A DNA stretch of 64,000 bases from an uncultured Verrucomicrobiae bacterium (GCA_963706955.1 CAVPOC010000008.1:896001-960000), one strand, 5' to 3'. Positions 51,926-63,138 are shown, counted from the first letter of the stretch. Notes: generated by a model from the letters alone, not told the origin. Program-made: numbers and translations.

Positions 51926-52819
51926 ATGAAACCAATTCTGTCAGGGCAACAAGGGATTCTCGCTTGCCTGGCGCTATGCCTGGCAAGCCTGCCGGCGGAG
52001 ATTTTGCGCGCTCAGGACAACCTGAGATTCAACATCGCGCTGCTGCAGCTTCCCCAATTGGTCAAACCTCAGATCAGCGTCGACCAGGCCCTCGAGGAAG
52101 CACGGCTGGTTCGGGAAGATCGCCGGCGAAGAATGAGCTTCTTCGAGGCCATCGTCGCCAATGACCAGCCGGCTTTATCCCAAATGCTCGAGGAGGGCAT
52201 CGATTCAAACGCCGAGCTTCCCCTGCCCGTTCCGATCGAATTTCAAAAGCGATTTTCGGATGGGGTAGTGCGCTACTACGTCTCCAGCGAGGAGGGCTTC
52301 ACAGGTCTGATGCTCGCCGCCGCACTTCGCAATCACGCCGTAGTGAAACTTCTGCTGCAGGCGGGCGCCGATCCGTGGAAGCTCACCAAAAGGCACAAAA
52401 CCTATGCGCTTTGGTTGGCGGCGAAACAGAACGATATCGAAATCATGCGCAGCCTTATGGGAATCGGGCCCACGCATGAGTCTCAGGTTTTCCGCATCAC
52501 CATAGACCTCTTAACCCAAACAGCGTTACTCTGGCGAAACGGAAAAATCGTTCTGTCGACACCGATCTCCTCTGGCAGAAGCACTCATCCAACGCCACGG
52601 GGGCGCTTTCTCGTCACCAATAAATACCGGCATTGGAAGTCAACTTTGTACCCCGCCAAAATGCCCTTCTTTTTGCGATTATCTTGCGGAGACTTCGGCC
52701 TCCACATGGGTGCGCTGCCCGGATATCCGGCCTCGCATGGATGCATTCGCCTTCCGCAAAGGTCAGCCAGGCGCCTCTACGCTTCGGTGCCGATTGGCAC
52801 TCTCGTCGAGATCCGGTAG
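51926..52819 (+). CDS. Exported ankyrin-repeat / L,D-transpeptidase fusion
   Basis: Signal peptide; TGLMLAA...VKLLLQAGAD; ISSG...TPRG, GLHMG...ASHGCIRL (YkuD). Confidence 0.85.
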   Translation: MKPILSGQQGILACLALCLASLPAEILRAQDNLRFNIALLQLPQLVKPQISVDQALEEARLVREDRRRRMSFFEAIVANDQPALSQMLEEGIDSNAELPLPVPIEFQKRFSDGVVRYYVSSEEGFTGLMLAAALRNHAVVKLLLQAGADPWKLTKRHKTYALWLAAKQNDIEIMRSLMGIGPTHESQVFRITIDLLTQTALLWRNGKIVLSTPISSGRSTHPTPRGRFLVTNKYRHWKSTLYPAKMPFFLRLSCGDFGLHMGALPGYPASHGCIRLPQRSARRLYASVPIGTLVEIR

Positions 52820-52893
52820 ATAGCCTTCGTCTACAGCAGTCAAAGAGTGATACCCCGTCCGCTACAGTCGTTCGAAAAAGACTTATGGAGGCG

Positions 52894-53595
52894 TCACCCG
52901 ACGACGTGCTGAGTATGGCGTGTCTCCTCGGCAGTCATCGCGTAGATGGCATCTTCGCCAATATTTGTCGCCTGGTCACCGATTCGCTCGAGGAACCTCG
53001 CGATAAAGATTAAATCCATGTAGGTGGGTATGCAATCCACGTGATGGGACATCAAATCCGTGAGCTTCTCCGCAAAATCTCGGTTCATCTGATCGAGCTG
53101 CCGATCACGCTCCTTGAGGCCGCGAGCCAGCTCCAGGTCCTGACTAGCAAACGCGCGGACGGAGTCTTTCACCATCGTCTCCGCATACTGATAGATTGGC
53201 TCGAGATCGTGGAGCTGCTCCGCCGGAGGACGCATGATCAGTTTTCGACTCCGCCGGGCAATTCCCACTGCTTGATCGGCAATTCGCTCCAGGTTTACAC
53301 TCAGCTTCATCGTTGAGATCACGTTCCGCATATCGGAGGCGAGCGGGTGAAAGCGCAGCATTATGTTGACGCCTTCGCGATCGATCTGCACTTCCAGGGT
53401 GTCGACCTCTTCGTCGTCCGCGATCACCGTATTGCACCAGTCCTCGTCGCGCTCGAAGAGCCCTCTGCGGGCGTTCTCCAAATTGCGTTCGGTGAGGCTG
53501 GCCATCATTAAGGCGTCATCACGCAGAGAGCGTAACGCTCCTTCAAAGGTGCTGAGGATATGCGTATTCGACATGGCGGCGGTTTCACTGGTCAT
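52894..53595 (-). CDS. phoU: Phosphate signalling protein PhoU
   Basis: P.ASDMR, LERIAD, LERIGD; end of pst operon. Confidence 0.94.
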   Translation of the reverse strand: MTSETAAMSNTHILSTFEGALRSLRDDALMMASLTERNLENARRGLFERDEDWCNTVIADDEEVDTLEVQIDREGVNIMLRFHPLASDMRNVISTMKLSVNLERIADQAVGIARRSRKLIMRPPAEQLHDLEPIYQYAETMVKDSVRAFASQDLELARGLKERDRQLDQMNRDFAEKLTDLMSHHVDCIPTYMDLIFIARFLERIGDQATNIGEDAIYAMTAEETRHTQHVVG

Positions 53596-53609
53596 AGCTA
53601 GGCGCAGAC

Positions 53610-54446
53610 TTAGCCAAACCGACCGGTAATATAGTCCTCCGTCTGCTTTTCGCTGGGATTGGTAAAGATTTTTTGGGTGTCGTCATACTCGATAAGCTTG
53701 CCAAGATAGAAGAACGCAGTCCGATCCGAGCAGCGTGTGGCCTGCTGCATATTGTGCGTGACAATGACGATCGTAAATTGCGTCTTCAAATCATGGATCA
53801 GATCCTCGACCTTGGCCGTCGCGATTGGATCGAGCGCTGAACACGGTTCATCCATGAGCAAGATTTCCGGCCGGTTGGCGATAGCACGCGCAATGCAGAG
53901 ACGCTGCATTTGGCCCCCGGAGAGGCTGAGAGCGCTGTCGTGCAAACGGTCCTTGACCTCATCCCAAAGAGCCGCGCCTCTCAGGCTGCGCTCGACGGTT
54001 TCATCAAGCACACTCTTGGAACTTACGCCCGCGATGCGCAGCGAATAGACGACGTTTTCGTAGATCGATTTCGGGAACGGATTCGATTTTTGGAAGACCA
54101 TTCCGATACTGCGGCGCAACGCAATTACCTCCATTTTCTTGTCATAGATGCTTCTGCCGTTGAGGAGGATATTGCCTTCGTGACGAACTCCATCAATGAG
54201 CTCATTCATTCGGTTAAAATTGCGTAGAAGCGTCGACTTACCGCACCCCGAGGGACCAATGAAGGCGGTCACCTGCCGCTGGGGAATATCCATGTTGATA
54301 TCATAGAGCGCCTGCTTCTTGCCGTAGAAGAAGTTGAAATCGCACACCTGCAGGAAGTCGGGCCGGGAGTGTCCGGGGTCGATTGTCCCGCTTCTTCCCT
54401 GCGCTGGGGCGGCTTGCGGCGGGTGAGAATCCATAGCTTTAATCAT
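53610..54446 (-). CDS. pstB: Phosphate ABC transporter ATP-binding protein
   Basis: [44 protein letters not shown]. Confidence 0.96.
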   Translation of the reverse strand: MIKAMDSHPPQAAPAQGRSGTIDPGHSRPDFLQVCDFNFFYGKKQALYDINMDIPQRQVTAFIGPSGCGKSTLLRNFNRMNELIDGVRHEGNILLNGRSIYDKKMEVIALRRSIGMVFQKSNPFPKSIYENVVYSLRIAGVSSKSVLDETVERSLRGAALWDEVKDRLHDSALSLSGGQMQRLCIARAIANRPEILLMDEPCSALDPIATAKVEDLIHDLKTQFTIVIVTHNMQQATRCSDRTAFFYLGKLIEYDDTQKIFTNPSEKQTEDYITGRFG

Positions 54447-54450
54447 CGCG

Positions 54451-55332
54451 TCACTTCCTGCGGAACACGACCTGCGCGGTGATATTCGCGATCGTGACAA
54501 GAATCACCAACACCAACGATGCTGTCCAGGCCATCTTGATCTGGTGTTCGAAAGGCAGCGTCGAGAAATTGAAGATCAGCACAGAGAGGGAAGCGGTCGG
54601 CTCCGACAATGACTGAATCCAGAATTGACTGAAGAGCGCCGTAAAGATGAGGGGCGCGGTCTCACCGGCCGCGCGCGCCACCGCCAGCATGATGCCCGTC
54701 ATGATGGCAGGCATGGCGTCGGGAAGCACAACTCGCCAAATTGTCTGGAAATTTGTCGCTCCGAGACCGTAGGAAGCTTCCCGATACGCCTTCGGCACGC
54801 TTAGCAGAGCCTGCTCAGCGGTAAGGAGGATCGTCGGCAAAATGAGAATGGCCAGCGCGAAACCACCCGCCCAGGCCGAAAAGCCGCCGGTAGTCAGCAC
54901 GATGACGGCATAGGCGAACACACCACAGATAATCGAGGGGATGCCCGTTAATAGCTTGGCGACAAACCTAACCGCATTCGACAGAGGAGAGAAGGGACTA
55001 TACTCGTTGATGTAAACGGCGGAGAGGAGGCCAAAAGGCGTCGCCAGCACCAGGGCAATGCCCACCATCAGGAATGTTCCTACGACCGCGTTGCCGAAGC
55101 CGCCTCCGGTCATCCCTGCCGCTGGCGGGAGCTCCGTAAAGACACTCCAGCTCAATAAGGGCAACCCGTTCTTGAGGACCAGGAAAACAATCGAAAATAA
55201 GGGGACAAGCGTCAGTAGTGCGAGACCGACGCAGATCCCACTCAAAAGCTTGCTCCAGAGAGAACGGACGCCGATACGTCCCGCGCTGGCTGAAGGGAAG
55301 AAGTCGTTAGTTTCTGCGGCGACGGTGCTCAT
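54451..55332 (-). CDS. pstA: Phosphate ABC transporter permease
   Basis: [15 protein letters not shown]. Confidence 0.94.
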   Translation of the reverse strand: MSTVAAETNDFFPSASAGRIGVRSLWSKLLSGICVGLALLTLVPLFSIVFLVLKNGLPLLSWSVFTELPPAAGMTGGGFGNAVVGTFLMVGIALVLATPFGLLSAVYINEYSPFSPLSNAVRFVAKLLTGIPSIICGVFAYAVIVLTTGGFSAWAGGFALAILILPTILLTAEQALLSVPKAYREASYGLGATNFQTIWRVVLPDAMPAIMTGIMLAVARAAGETAPLIFTALFSQFWIQSLSEPTASLSVLIFNFSTLPFEHQIKMAWTASLVLVILVTIANITAQVVFRRK

Positions 55333-55350
55333 GGTGACCTTCTTCCAATA

Positions 55351-56319
55351 CTAGCGAACTCCCGCCGTCCTCCTTTGAGTATAACGAAGGACCGCCTCTC
55401 CAGCGATGTTCACCAACAAGGTCAGGACAACGAGGAGCAACGCTGCGTACATGAGTGAACTCACCTGAAGTCCCTCTGCTTCGCCGAACTGGTTGGCGAG
55501 CAACCCGGCCAACGTTCCGGCGGGCGAGAGAAGCGACCAAGTCAGCCGCGAGCTGTTTCCGATGAGCATGGCGACGGCCATAGTCTCACCCATCGCTCGC
55601 CCCAGAGCCAGGATGGTCGCGGCGACGATTCCAGGGGCGGCGGTCGGAAGGATCACGCCGAAGATGGCTTCCCAACGGGTAGAACCCAGCGCATAAGCTC
55701 CTTCGCGCAACGTTCCCGGCACTGCAACAAGCGCGCTTCGTGATATCGCAGTGATCGTCGGCAGGATCATCAATGCGAGCACCAGGCTGGCTGTCAGCAT
55801 GCTATTCCCATAGGCCGGAGGAGCGAAGATGGTGTTCAGAACCGGAAGATTCTTGAAGGCGACCACCGCCCATGCTCCAAACGCTTGCACCAGCGGAATA
55901 ACCACAAAGATTCCCCAGAGCCCGTAAACCACGCTGGGAATCGCCGCCAGCATCTCCACGGTAAAGCGGACAAACTGGCGCACCGGGAGCGGGAGGAAAT
56001 CTTCGCTCAGGAAAATGGCAATGGCCAGGCCCAAGGGCAGGGCGAATATCAGCGCGATCAGTGAACTGACCGTCGTGCCGATCAAGAATGGAGCGACGCC
56101 GAAAACGCTGCGATTGGGCACCCATCTGGAGTTCGTCAGGAACTCGAGGCCAAATTTCTGAACGGCTGGGAGGGCCTGCCGCCCGATCTCGAAGATGATC
56201 CAAGCGAGCGTAGCAACCGTTGCCGCCGAAGCTAGCCAGCAGAGCAGCCGGAAGAGATCCGGTCGCTTTTGAAACTCCTTGATGCCTCCCTGCTCGATGA
56301 CCCGGGCGTCGGCTTGCAT
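55351..56319 (-). CDS. pstC: Phosphate ABC transporter permease
   Basis: LAAIPSVVYGLWG, GRAMGETMAV. Confidence 0.95.
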   Translation of the reverse strand: MQADARVIEQGGIKEFQKRPDLFRLLCWLASAATVATLAWIIFEIGRQALPAVQKFGLEFLTNSRWVPNRSVFGVAPFLIGTTVSSLIALIFALPLGLAIAIFLSEDFLPLPVRQFVRFTVEMLAAIPSVVYGLWGIFVVIPLVQAFGAWAVVAFKNLPVLNTIFAPPAYGNSMLTASLVLALMILPTITAISRSALVAVPGTLREGAYALGSTRWEAIFGVILPTAAPGIVAATILALGRAMGETMAVAMLIGNSSRLTWSLLSPAGTLAGLLANQFGEAEGLQVSSLMYAALLLVVLTLLVNIAGEAVLRYTQRRTAGVR

Positions 56320-56335
56320 ACGAGATCAAATACTG

Positions 56336-57343
56336 CTACTCGACGCCAGTCAGAGCGGCCTTGCTCTTCTCCACGACCGCGGCGGGCAACGGAATGTAAC
56401 CGAGCTCGCTCGCGAACTTCTGGCCGTCGGTAAGTCCGTAGGTCACAAAACCCGTCAAGGCCTTTTGCTTGGCGGAGTCGCTATATTTCTTGTAGAGGAG
56501 CAGCCAGGTGAAGGTCGCGATAGGATAATCATCAGGGCCCGAGGGATCATCTGGCCAGACCCGGAGATTTGCGGGAAACTCGACGTGCGCCAGGGTGGCC
56601 GCGCCACTCTCGTCGGTAGGCTTCACGAACTTGCCGGCTTTGTTCTGCAGGCTAGCCATCGACAATCCATTATGCACTGCATAGCCATACTCTACATACC
56701 CGATGGTCCCCGGACTTTGTTTTATCAGTGCAGTGACGCCTTCGTTGCCCTTTCCACCCGCGCCGATTGGCCACGTCACCGACTTGTCGCTTCCGACTTC
56801 ATCCGCAAAGTCAGGGCTGATGGCCGCGAGATGCTTCGTAAAAACGAATGTCGTGCCACTTCCATCGGATCGGAAAGCCACGTTGATGGCCATATCAGGC
56901 AGAGTGACGCCCGGGTTATCCTTGGCGATAGCCGGATCGTTCCATTTCATCACCTTGCCCAAAAAAATTCCGGTGTAAGCCTCCCGGGACAGATTGATCT
57001 CGGCAACTCCAGGCAGATTATAGGCAATGACAATACTGCCGGCGGTGGCGGGAATCATCATTGCTCCCTGCTTGACCTTGGCTAACTCCTCGTCGCTCAT
57101 CGCGGCGTCACTCGCGCCGAAATCCACCGTGCCTTGGATGAACTGCTTAACGCCCGCGCCGGAACCGACAGATTGGTAATTCACCTGAACCTTAGGCTCG
57201 AGCTTATTGTATTCCACGGCCCAGCGCTGATACAGCGGTGCCGGAAAAGTCGCGCCAGCGCCCGAGAGCTGCTGGGCGCTCGCGGAGCTCACCAAAATCG
57301 CCGCCGTCACAACAGCGGCGACAATAAGAGACGTAAATTTCAT
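56336..57343 (-). CDS. pstS: Phosphate-binding protein
   Basis: GAGATFPAP, GSGAG, RSDGSGTT, IGYVE. Confidence 0.96.
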   Translation of the reverse strand: MKFTSLIVAAVVTAAILVSSASAQQLSGAGATFPAPLYQRWAVEYNKLEPKVQVNYQSVGSGAGVKQFIQGTVDFGASDAAMSDEELAKVKQGAMMIPATAGSIVIAYNLPGVAEINLSREAYTGIFLGKVMKWNDPAIAKDNPGVTLPDMAINVAFRSDGSGTTFVFTKHLAAISPDFADEVGSDKSVTWPIGAGGKGNEGVTALIKQSPGTIGYVEYGYAVHNGLSMASLQNKAGKFVKPTDESGAATLAHVEFPANLRVWPDDPSGPDDYPIATFTWLLLYKKYSDSAKQKALTGFVTYGLTDGQKFASELGYIPLPAAVVEKSKAALTGVE

Positions 57344-57402
57344 GTGATTGGTATATCGGCGCACCAATCAATAGATTATTCGCGCCAACGCCAAAGAAAG
57401 GA

Positions 57403-57420
57403 TTGTGACAATTTTGTCAC
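57403..57420. promoter_or_regulatory. Pho box-like site upstream of pstS
   Basis: TTGTGAC-AATT-TTGTCAC: two heptamers with 11-bp period resembling CTGTCAT; about 60 bp upstream of the pstS start. Confidence 0.6.
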
Positions 57421-57466
57421 ACTTGGAACAACATCAGCTTCGGAGCGCAAAGTTCGGGCAGGCAAA

Positions 57467-57532
57467 TTGTCGCAGGTGGTTTCCCCAGCGCCGGGGCGCA
57501 CCCTCTTGAGGGTGAGGACACCGTCGCCACAA
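57467..57532. repeat. Degenerate REPIN (family B)
   Basis: TTGTCGCAGGTGGTTTCCCCAGCGCCG ... GGTGAGGACACCGTCGCCACAA. Confidence 0.62.
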
Positions 57533-57615
57533 TCTTTCGGAAGCCTTTTTTGAGAACCTAGCACCGGCAGCACTGCTGATTTGGATTTCGGCGTTTCCTG
57601 CGCTAGAAGACTCCG

Positions 57616-58287
57616 GTGGCCTTGTTTACCCTTAGTCCCGTGGAGACCAGAATTCTGGGATGCCTCTTGGAGAAGGAGCGAATTACGCCGGAAAATTATC
57701 CGCTATCGCTCAACAGCTTGATCGCAGCGTGCAATCAATCCACGAACCGCGATCCGATTACTGCCTATGATGCGAGGACCGTCGAAACCGGTTTGGACGG
57801 ACTGCGACAAAAAAAGCTGGCCGTGATGATCATGAGCGCGGGATCGCGGGTCGCCAAGTTTCGTCACGAACTGCTCAATCACTTCGATCTGAGCCCGCGC
57901 GAAGTGGCTCTGCTCTGTGCTCTGCTGCTCCGCGGACCGCAAACTCTTGGAGAGCTCCGCAGCCGCACGGAGCGCATGCAGTTCTTCGATAGCCTGGAAC
58001 AAGTCGAGTCGTTTCTCGCAGATCTCGCCAGAGGCGAGTCGCCCCTGGTTCGCGTCTTGCCAGCCAGACCGGGTCAGAAGGAGAGACGTTACGTGCAGCT
58101 TCTCTCGGGCGAGCCGATCGTGCCGGAAACTCCGCCCACGCAAGAGAACGATTCGCCTCCCGTTGAGGCGGGATCAGCCACGGACACTTCGAGACTGCAA
58201 GCTGTCGAACAACAGGTGGCGGAACTCAAGGCGGAGCTGCGCGACCTCCGAGAGGAGCTTCTTTCCTTTCGAAAGCAATTTGAATAG
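57616..58287 (+). CDS. YceH family protein (DUF480)
   Basis: LGCLLEKE..PENYPLSLN, CNQ..NR.P, LLLRGPQT.GELR, C-terminal coiled coil. Confidence 0.9.
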   Translation: MALFTLSPVETRILGCLLEKERITPENYPLSLNSLIAACNQSTNRDPITAYDARTVETGLDGLRQKKLAVMIMSAGSRVAKFRHELLNHFDLSPREVALLCALLLRGPQTLGELRSRTERMQFFDSLEQVESFLADLARGESPLVRVLPARPGQKERRYVQLLSGEPIVPETPPTQENDSPPVEAGSATDTSRLQAVEQQVAELKAELRDLREELLSFRKQFE

Positions 58288-58302
58288 GGCAGGACCAATC
58301 CA

Positions 58303-58980
58303 TTGAAGAGCTGGTCGCCGCTTGCACTCCTCTACCAAGGCAGAGCGTTGGTTTTGCTCGTCGGCGCTTGCCTCTTTTCCTTTGGCTGCTCGGGTCCCGA
58401 ATACGGTGCCTCTGGACTGCGTGGTGTCCGCGTAGCTCTTCTGCCGCCCAATGTCCACGGTCGACTCGTCGCCCGGACGATGCGACCGCGCTACATCACG
58501 ATCCATTCGACACAAGACATGGAGGCGACAGCGGCGAAATACGAGCGCTATTTGATCATCAAAGGCAAGAGAAGTCGAAACAACCCACGCTTCGGGCGGT
58601 CCGGATGGGTGGTGTGGCACTTTAGCGTTGATGACCGGGAAGCCGTCGAACACCTGCTGCCGACCGAACAGGGCGATCACGCCGACTACGGCGGCGGGGG
58701 CGATCGCCAAAGCATTGGTATCGAGATTTGCGAATTTCGAGACCGTCGCCGGCAAGCTGCAGCCATCGATCGAGCAGCACGTCTGACCGCTGAGCTAGCG
58801 AATCAATACGGGATTCCGACGCGAAACATCGTGCCGCACATGCACTGGCCGCGCTGGGACTTCAAGTATGGGAAGCCCTGCCCGCGCATTCTTCTCGAAC
58901 GCGACCGTCGCGCCCGCGGCGGTTGGCGTTTGGGCGCGAAATGGCGGGCCTTCATCGCCCGCGTCCAGCGCTACCGCTGA
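58303..58980 (+). CDS. N-acetylmuramoyl-L-alanine amidase (Amidase_2), probable lipoprotein
   Basis: ITIHST, WHFSVDD, HA, SIGIEICE, VPH, K.CP. Confidence 0.85.
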   Translation: MKSWSPLALLYQGRALVLLVGACLFSFGCSGPEYGASGLRGVRVALLPPNVHGRLVARTMRPRYITIHSTQDMEATAAKYERYLIIKGKRSRNNPRFGRSGWVVWHFSVDDREAVEHLLPTEQGDHADYGGGGDRQSIGIEICEFRDRRRQAAAIDRAARLTAELANQYGIPTRNIVPHMHWPRWDFKYGKPCPRILLERDRRARGGWRLGAKWRAFIARVQRYR

Positions 58981-59097
58981 AATCCGGCGGGCGACTGAGG
59001 TCCCCCGAAAAAGTTTCGGATTGGCCCCAGACCTTCTCGGTGCCCGAAATCTCCAGCCCTCGATTGACGGGCAGATCGACCTTCGTAGGATCGGGCT

Positions 59098-60102
59098 ATG
59101 ACCTGGAAAAGTAGGACTCGCCAACTCGGCGCCAAGGGGCCCACGGTTTTTCCTCTCGCCTTGGGTTGTATGGGTATGTCTGGCATGTATGGAAAGTCAG
59201 AGGACGACGAAAGCGTCGCAACGATTCACGCCGCGCTCGACCAAGGTGTCACGCTGTTGGACACCGGTGACTTCTACGGAATGGGCCACAATGAAATTCT
59301 CATTGGCCGCGCACTGAAGGGCCGCCGCGAAAAGGTGCTGCTTTCCGTGAAGTTCGGTGCGCTGCGCACTCCCGACGGCCGCTGGACGGGTTTCGACGGG
59401 CGGCCTGCGGCCGTCAAGAATTTCGCAGCCTATAGTCTGACGCGCCTCGGGGTCGACCACATCGACGTCTATCGTCCGGCCAGGCTGGATCCCCAAGTCC
59501 CTATCGAGGACACCATCGGCGCCATTAGTGAGTTGGTAAAGAGCGGCCACGTCCGGTCCATCGGGCTCTCCGAGGTCGGCATGGACACGATCCGACGCGC
59601 GCACGCCGTCCACCCGATTTGCGACCTCCAGATCGAATACTCGCTAATCAGCCGCGCTCCAGAGACCGATATTTTTCCCGGTCTCGAAGAACTCGGAATA
59701 GGTGTCACTGCCTATGGGGTGCTTTCCCGTGGACTCCTCAGCGGATCAGCGCCATCGGGTCCAGGGGATTTTCGTTCGGCCCTGCCGCGCTTCCGCGGCG
59801 AAAACCTCACCCAGAACCAACGCGTTGTTGAGGAGCTCCGGAAAATCGCCTCGGAAAAGGGAATGAATCCCTCGCAGTTGGCGATCGCGTGGGTGCTCGC
59901 GAAGGGTAGCAGCATTGTCCCTGTGATCGGCGCGCGCAAGCGAACACAACTAACCGAATCGCTCGGAGCGCTGCGGTTCCAACTTTCCGAGGACGATATT
60001 GCGCGCATCGAAAAGGCGATTCCGGCAGCTGCCGTTGCAGGGACCCGTTATGACGAACGTCAGATGAAGATGCTCGATAGCGAGCGAGGAAAGGGCTCCT
60101 GA
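59098..60102 (+). CDS. Aldo/keto reductase
   Basis: LGCMGMS, DTGDFYG, IGLSE, QIEYSL, VIGA. Confidence 0.93.
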   Translation: MTWKSRTRQLGAKGPTVFPLALGCMGMSGMYGKSEDDESVATIHAALDQGVTLLDTGDFYGMGHNEILIGRALKGRREKVLLSVKFGALRTPDGRWTGFDGRPAAVKNFAAYSLTRLGVDHIDVYRPARLDPQVPIEDTIGAISELVKSGHVRSIGLSEVGMDTIRRAHAVHPICDLQIEYSLISRAPETDIFPGLEELGIGVTAYGVLSRGLLSGSAPSGPGDFRSALPRFRGENLTQNQRVVEELRKIASEKGMNPSQLAIAWVLAKGSSIVPVIGARKRTQLTESLGALRFQLSEDDIARIEKAIPAAAVAGTRYDERQMKMLDSERGKGS

Positions 60103-60197
60103 GAGCGGCCCGCGGCATACGGCCGAATGGCTCGACGACTGCGAGGGGCAATCGAAAGTCATTTGGTGATTAACTGGCTGATCCCCTTCGTCCGACC

Positions 60198-61626
60198 ATG
60201 AGGAGAAACGCCCCGCAATTCGGAAACTTCGAGCGTCTGGCCTATGGCGCAGGCGAGTTGGGTCCGGCCATGGCGGGGAGCACGATTATCTTTTTTCAGC
60301 TCGTGTTCCTCACCGATGTGGCCGGAATGGATCCCGGGCTCGCCGGCAGCGTCCTGTTGGTGGCAAGAATTTGGGATGCCGTCAACGACCCGTTGATCGG
60401 CTGGCTTTCGGACCATACCAAGACCCCTTGGGGTCGCAGGCTGCCATGGATGGTCGTCAGTGCGCTCCCGTTCTCGGCCTTTTTCATCATGTTCTGGCTG
60501 GTGCCGGAGTTTGCAGCTCCGGAGGCGCGATGGGGCGCTTTCGGTTACTATCTTGTGGTTGCTATTCTCTTCAGCACGTTTTCAACGGCCCTCGCGCTGC
60601 CGCATGCTTCGCTGACCGCTGAGCTCAGCCGCGACTATGACGAGCGGTCGCGTTTGACCGCCTATCGGATGGGATTTTCACTGGCGGGAAGCGTCGGCGG
60701 GCTGATCGCAGCGCTGCTTGTTTTTCACCTCTTGAAGAATGAGCCAAAGTCTATGCAGTACACTGTCTTTGGCGCATCGATTGGGATTATCGGGCTTGCC
60801 TCTGTCTTGTTCTGTCTTACCGGCATTTGGAGGATCGTGATCTCGAGAGACGCTCAGCGGCTTCGCCGGGAGAGCGCAGATGAGCTTGCCGCCAAAACTT
60901 TGTCCTTTCGCGAACAGATCGACTTGGTGCTGAGCAACAAGCCATTTCTGTTGGTTTGCGGAATCTACCTCTGCTCGTGGCTCTCGATGCAATTCACGGC
61001 CACTGTTCTGCCCTTTTTCACGCAAAGCTGGCTGCAGCTTTCGACCACCACTTTCCATCTCCTGGCGCTGACGGTGCAGACGACCGCTCTCTGCCTCATG
61101 CCATTCTGGGGCTGGGTAAGCGTGAAGATCGGAAAGAAGCCAGTCTATTTTATTGGAATGAGCTTCTGGCTCGTTGCGCAAGCCGGTTTGATGTTCCTGC
61201 AACCTGGCGAAGTTCGCATCTTCTTCATCATGGCATTTATCGCAGGTTTCGGCATCTCCGTCTGCTACCTCATCCCGAACGCTATGCTTCCAGATGTCGT
61301 CGAATACGACGAGCTGAAGACGGGCCGTCGCCGTGAGGGCGTCTACTATGGCACTTGCGTGTTTATTCAGAAGCTGGCGCTGGCCATCGGCACGTTTATC
61401 GTCGGCCAACTTCTGGCCTTCTCCGGCTATGTCCCCAGCGGACCCGATCAGATTTGTTGTCGAGCAGCCGGCGAAGGCTTTGCTTACCATCCGCCTGGCG
61501 ATTGGGCCGCTACCCGCTCTGGCCTTGATTATCGGTATGGTGTTAACTATTCTCTATCCGGTCACCAGGGAGTCGCACCGTCGCGTCGTTGAGGAGATTG
61601 ACGCACGGAGGCGCCCGATTCGTTAA
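60198..61626 (+). CDS. MFS transporter, GPH/MelB-like family (frameshift near 61455)
   Basis: WDAVNDPLIG..SD..TPWGRR.PW, ERSRLT, DVVEYDELKTGRRREG. Confidence 0.88.
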
Positions 61627-62215
61627 CGACTTGGAACCTTGAGGTCAACGTGTTGCCGTGCACCCGGCAGCCCAAGCGCCTGAGCCAGTTTGCCACCGCA
61701 TGGTTTGAGTTGGAAAAAAGATGATACGCCGCCCGGTCGCGTGAAACCGGTATGCCGTCCCACGTTCGCACGACGCGAGAATTCGCGTTCGACTGCCATC
61801 GGCGTTCCAGTTCGCCTCGAAGACCTTCTGCCAGCCGGCGCTCCACATAGAGCCGTGCCGAGCGATTGCTACCCGCAACGCTCGAGAATTCGGACTCGCT
61901 CAAAGTGTAGGGAAGCTTCCGACGCGATATGGCGCCCTTGCCCAAGCCAGTAATCGCTCGAAATCCGGAGAAAAACCCCTCTTTCTCCAACCCATAAAAG
62001 CTCCACTCTCCAAATCCATATTCGTAAAAGGCGGTCGTGCCATCAGGCAGTGCAAGCCGCGTATGCCACGCGTATTGGGAGAGGATTACAGGAACTCCGT
62101 CGCGAACTTCCGGAGGCACCACCCTCCATGCACAACCTGGAACGATCAGAAAGAGGGCGGCGCATGCAGCCGATCCCAATGATAAACCCCTCCGGAAAAC
62201 CAGACCCGCTCCCAC
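61562..62215 (-). CDS. DUF2459-like exported protein; start uncertain
   Basis: WHTRLALP, YGFGEWSFY, YHLFSNSN..A.WL. Confidence 0.6.
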   Translation of the reverse strand: MGAGLVFRRGLSLGSAACAALFLIVPGCAWRVVPPEVRDGVPVILSQYAWHTRLALPDGTTAFYEYGFGEWSFYGLEKEGFFSGFRAITGLGKGAISRRKLPYTLSESEFSSVAGSNRSARLYVERRLAEGLRGELERRWQSNANSRVVRTWDGIPVSRDRAAYHLFSNSNHAVANWLRRLGCRVHGNTLTSRFQVVNESGASVRQSPQRRDGATPW

Positions 62216-62219
62216 GTGT

Positions 62220-63134
62220 TCAACCCCTCGAAAGCCGCAGCCCTCGCGGACGTCGAGCGCCAAGACAGGATTGAACAAAGGCATCCAGGAGACGCATGGG
62301 AAGCTTCCAACGCTGAACGATCAGATAGATTTCCACGCTGCGAAACTTCTCCGGCAAATCGAATAGCGACAGGTCTCGAGCTCCGGGTGCGAGCTCCAGA
62401 TAGCTTCGAGGGAGCACGGCAATACCCCCTCCTGCTCGCACACTCCCAATCACGCCTTCGAGTGTTCCCACCGCACGCATCGGCCACTTCGGCGCACCCG
62501 TCTCAAGCAAATAGTCGGTCAACCGCGCGGTAAAGGAACATCCGTTTCGCTGCACGAAGATCTTGAGCCGGACGTTGTCGGAACCTACCAGATCGTCGAG
62601 GCACCCCGCCCTTCCCCGAGCAATGACGACCAGTTCGTCTTCGAAGACTTTCTCCTCGACGAATGCAGGTTCATTAGCCCGGCGGGAGACGAACGCCACA
62701 TCAAGTTCCGACTTGAGCATCTTCTCCCACAGCAAAGCGGTCCCCCCGGTCTCAACCGAGATATCGACGGAAGGATGTGTCCGAGTAAACCCCGCAATGA
62801 CTTCTACAAGGCGAGATGCCGCAAAGGTCTCGATTGCGCCGATCCGAATTGAACCCGACCGAGGCTCGTCATCCTGCCGGAACTTCGCAAGAATTTCTCT
62901 GGAGAGTTCTTCAAGTCTCAGCGCGAAGGGCATCAACGCCTCCCCATCGGGAGTAAGGCGCATCCTGCGCGAATCTCGCACTAGCAGCGTCGCGCCAAGT
63001 TCTTCTTCGAGTCGCTGAATGCGCGCACTGATGTTCGACTGAACAGTATTCAAGGCAGCTGCCGCCCGCGTCATGCTTCCCTGCCTCGCGACCGTAAGGA
63101 AAACCGGTAGGTCCACCAGCAGAGAGCGGTTCAT
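62220..63134 (-). CDS. LysR family transcriptional regulator
   Basis: GSMTRAAAALNTVQSNISARIQRLEEELG. Confidence 0.93.
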   Translation of the reverse strand: MNRSLLVDLPVFLTVARQGSMTRAAAALNTVQSNISARIQRLEEELGATLLVRDSRRMRLTPDGEALMPFALRLEELSREILAKFRQDDEPRSGSIRIGAIETFAASRLVEVIAGFTRTHPSVDISVETGGTALLWEKMLKSELDVAFVSRRANEPAFVEEKVFEDELVVIARGRAGCLDDLVGSDNVRLKIFVQRNGCSFTARLTDYLLETGAPKWPMRAVGTLEGVIGSVRAGGGIAVLPRSYLELAPGARDLSLFDLPEKFRSVEIYLIVQRWKLPMRLLDAFVQSCLGARRPRGLRLSRG

Positions 63135-63138
63135 ATCA

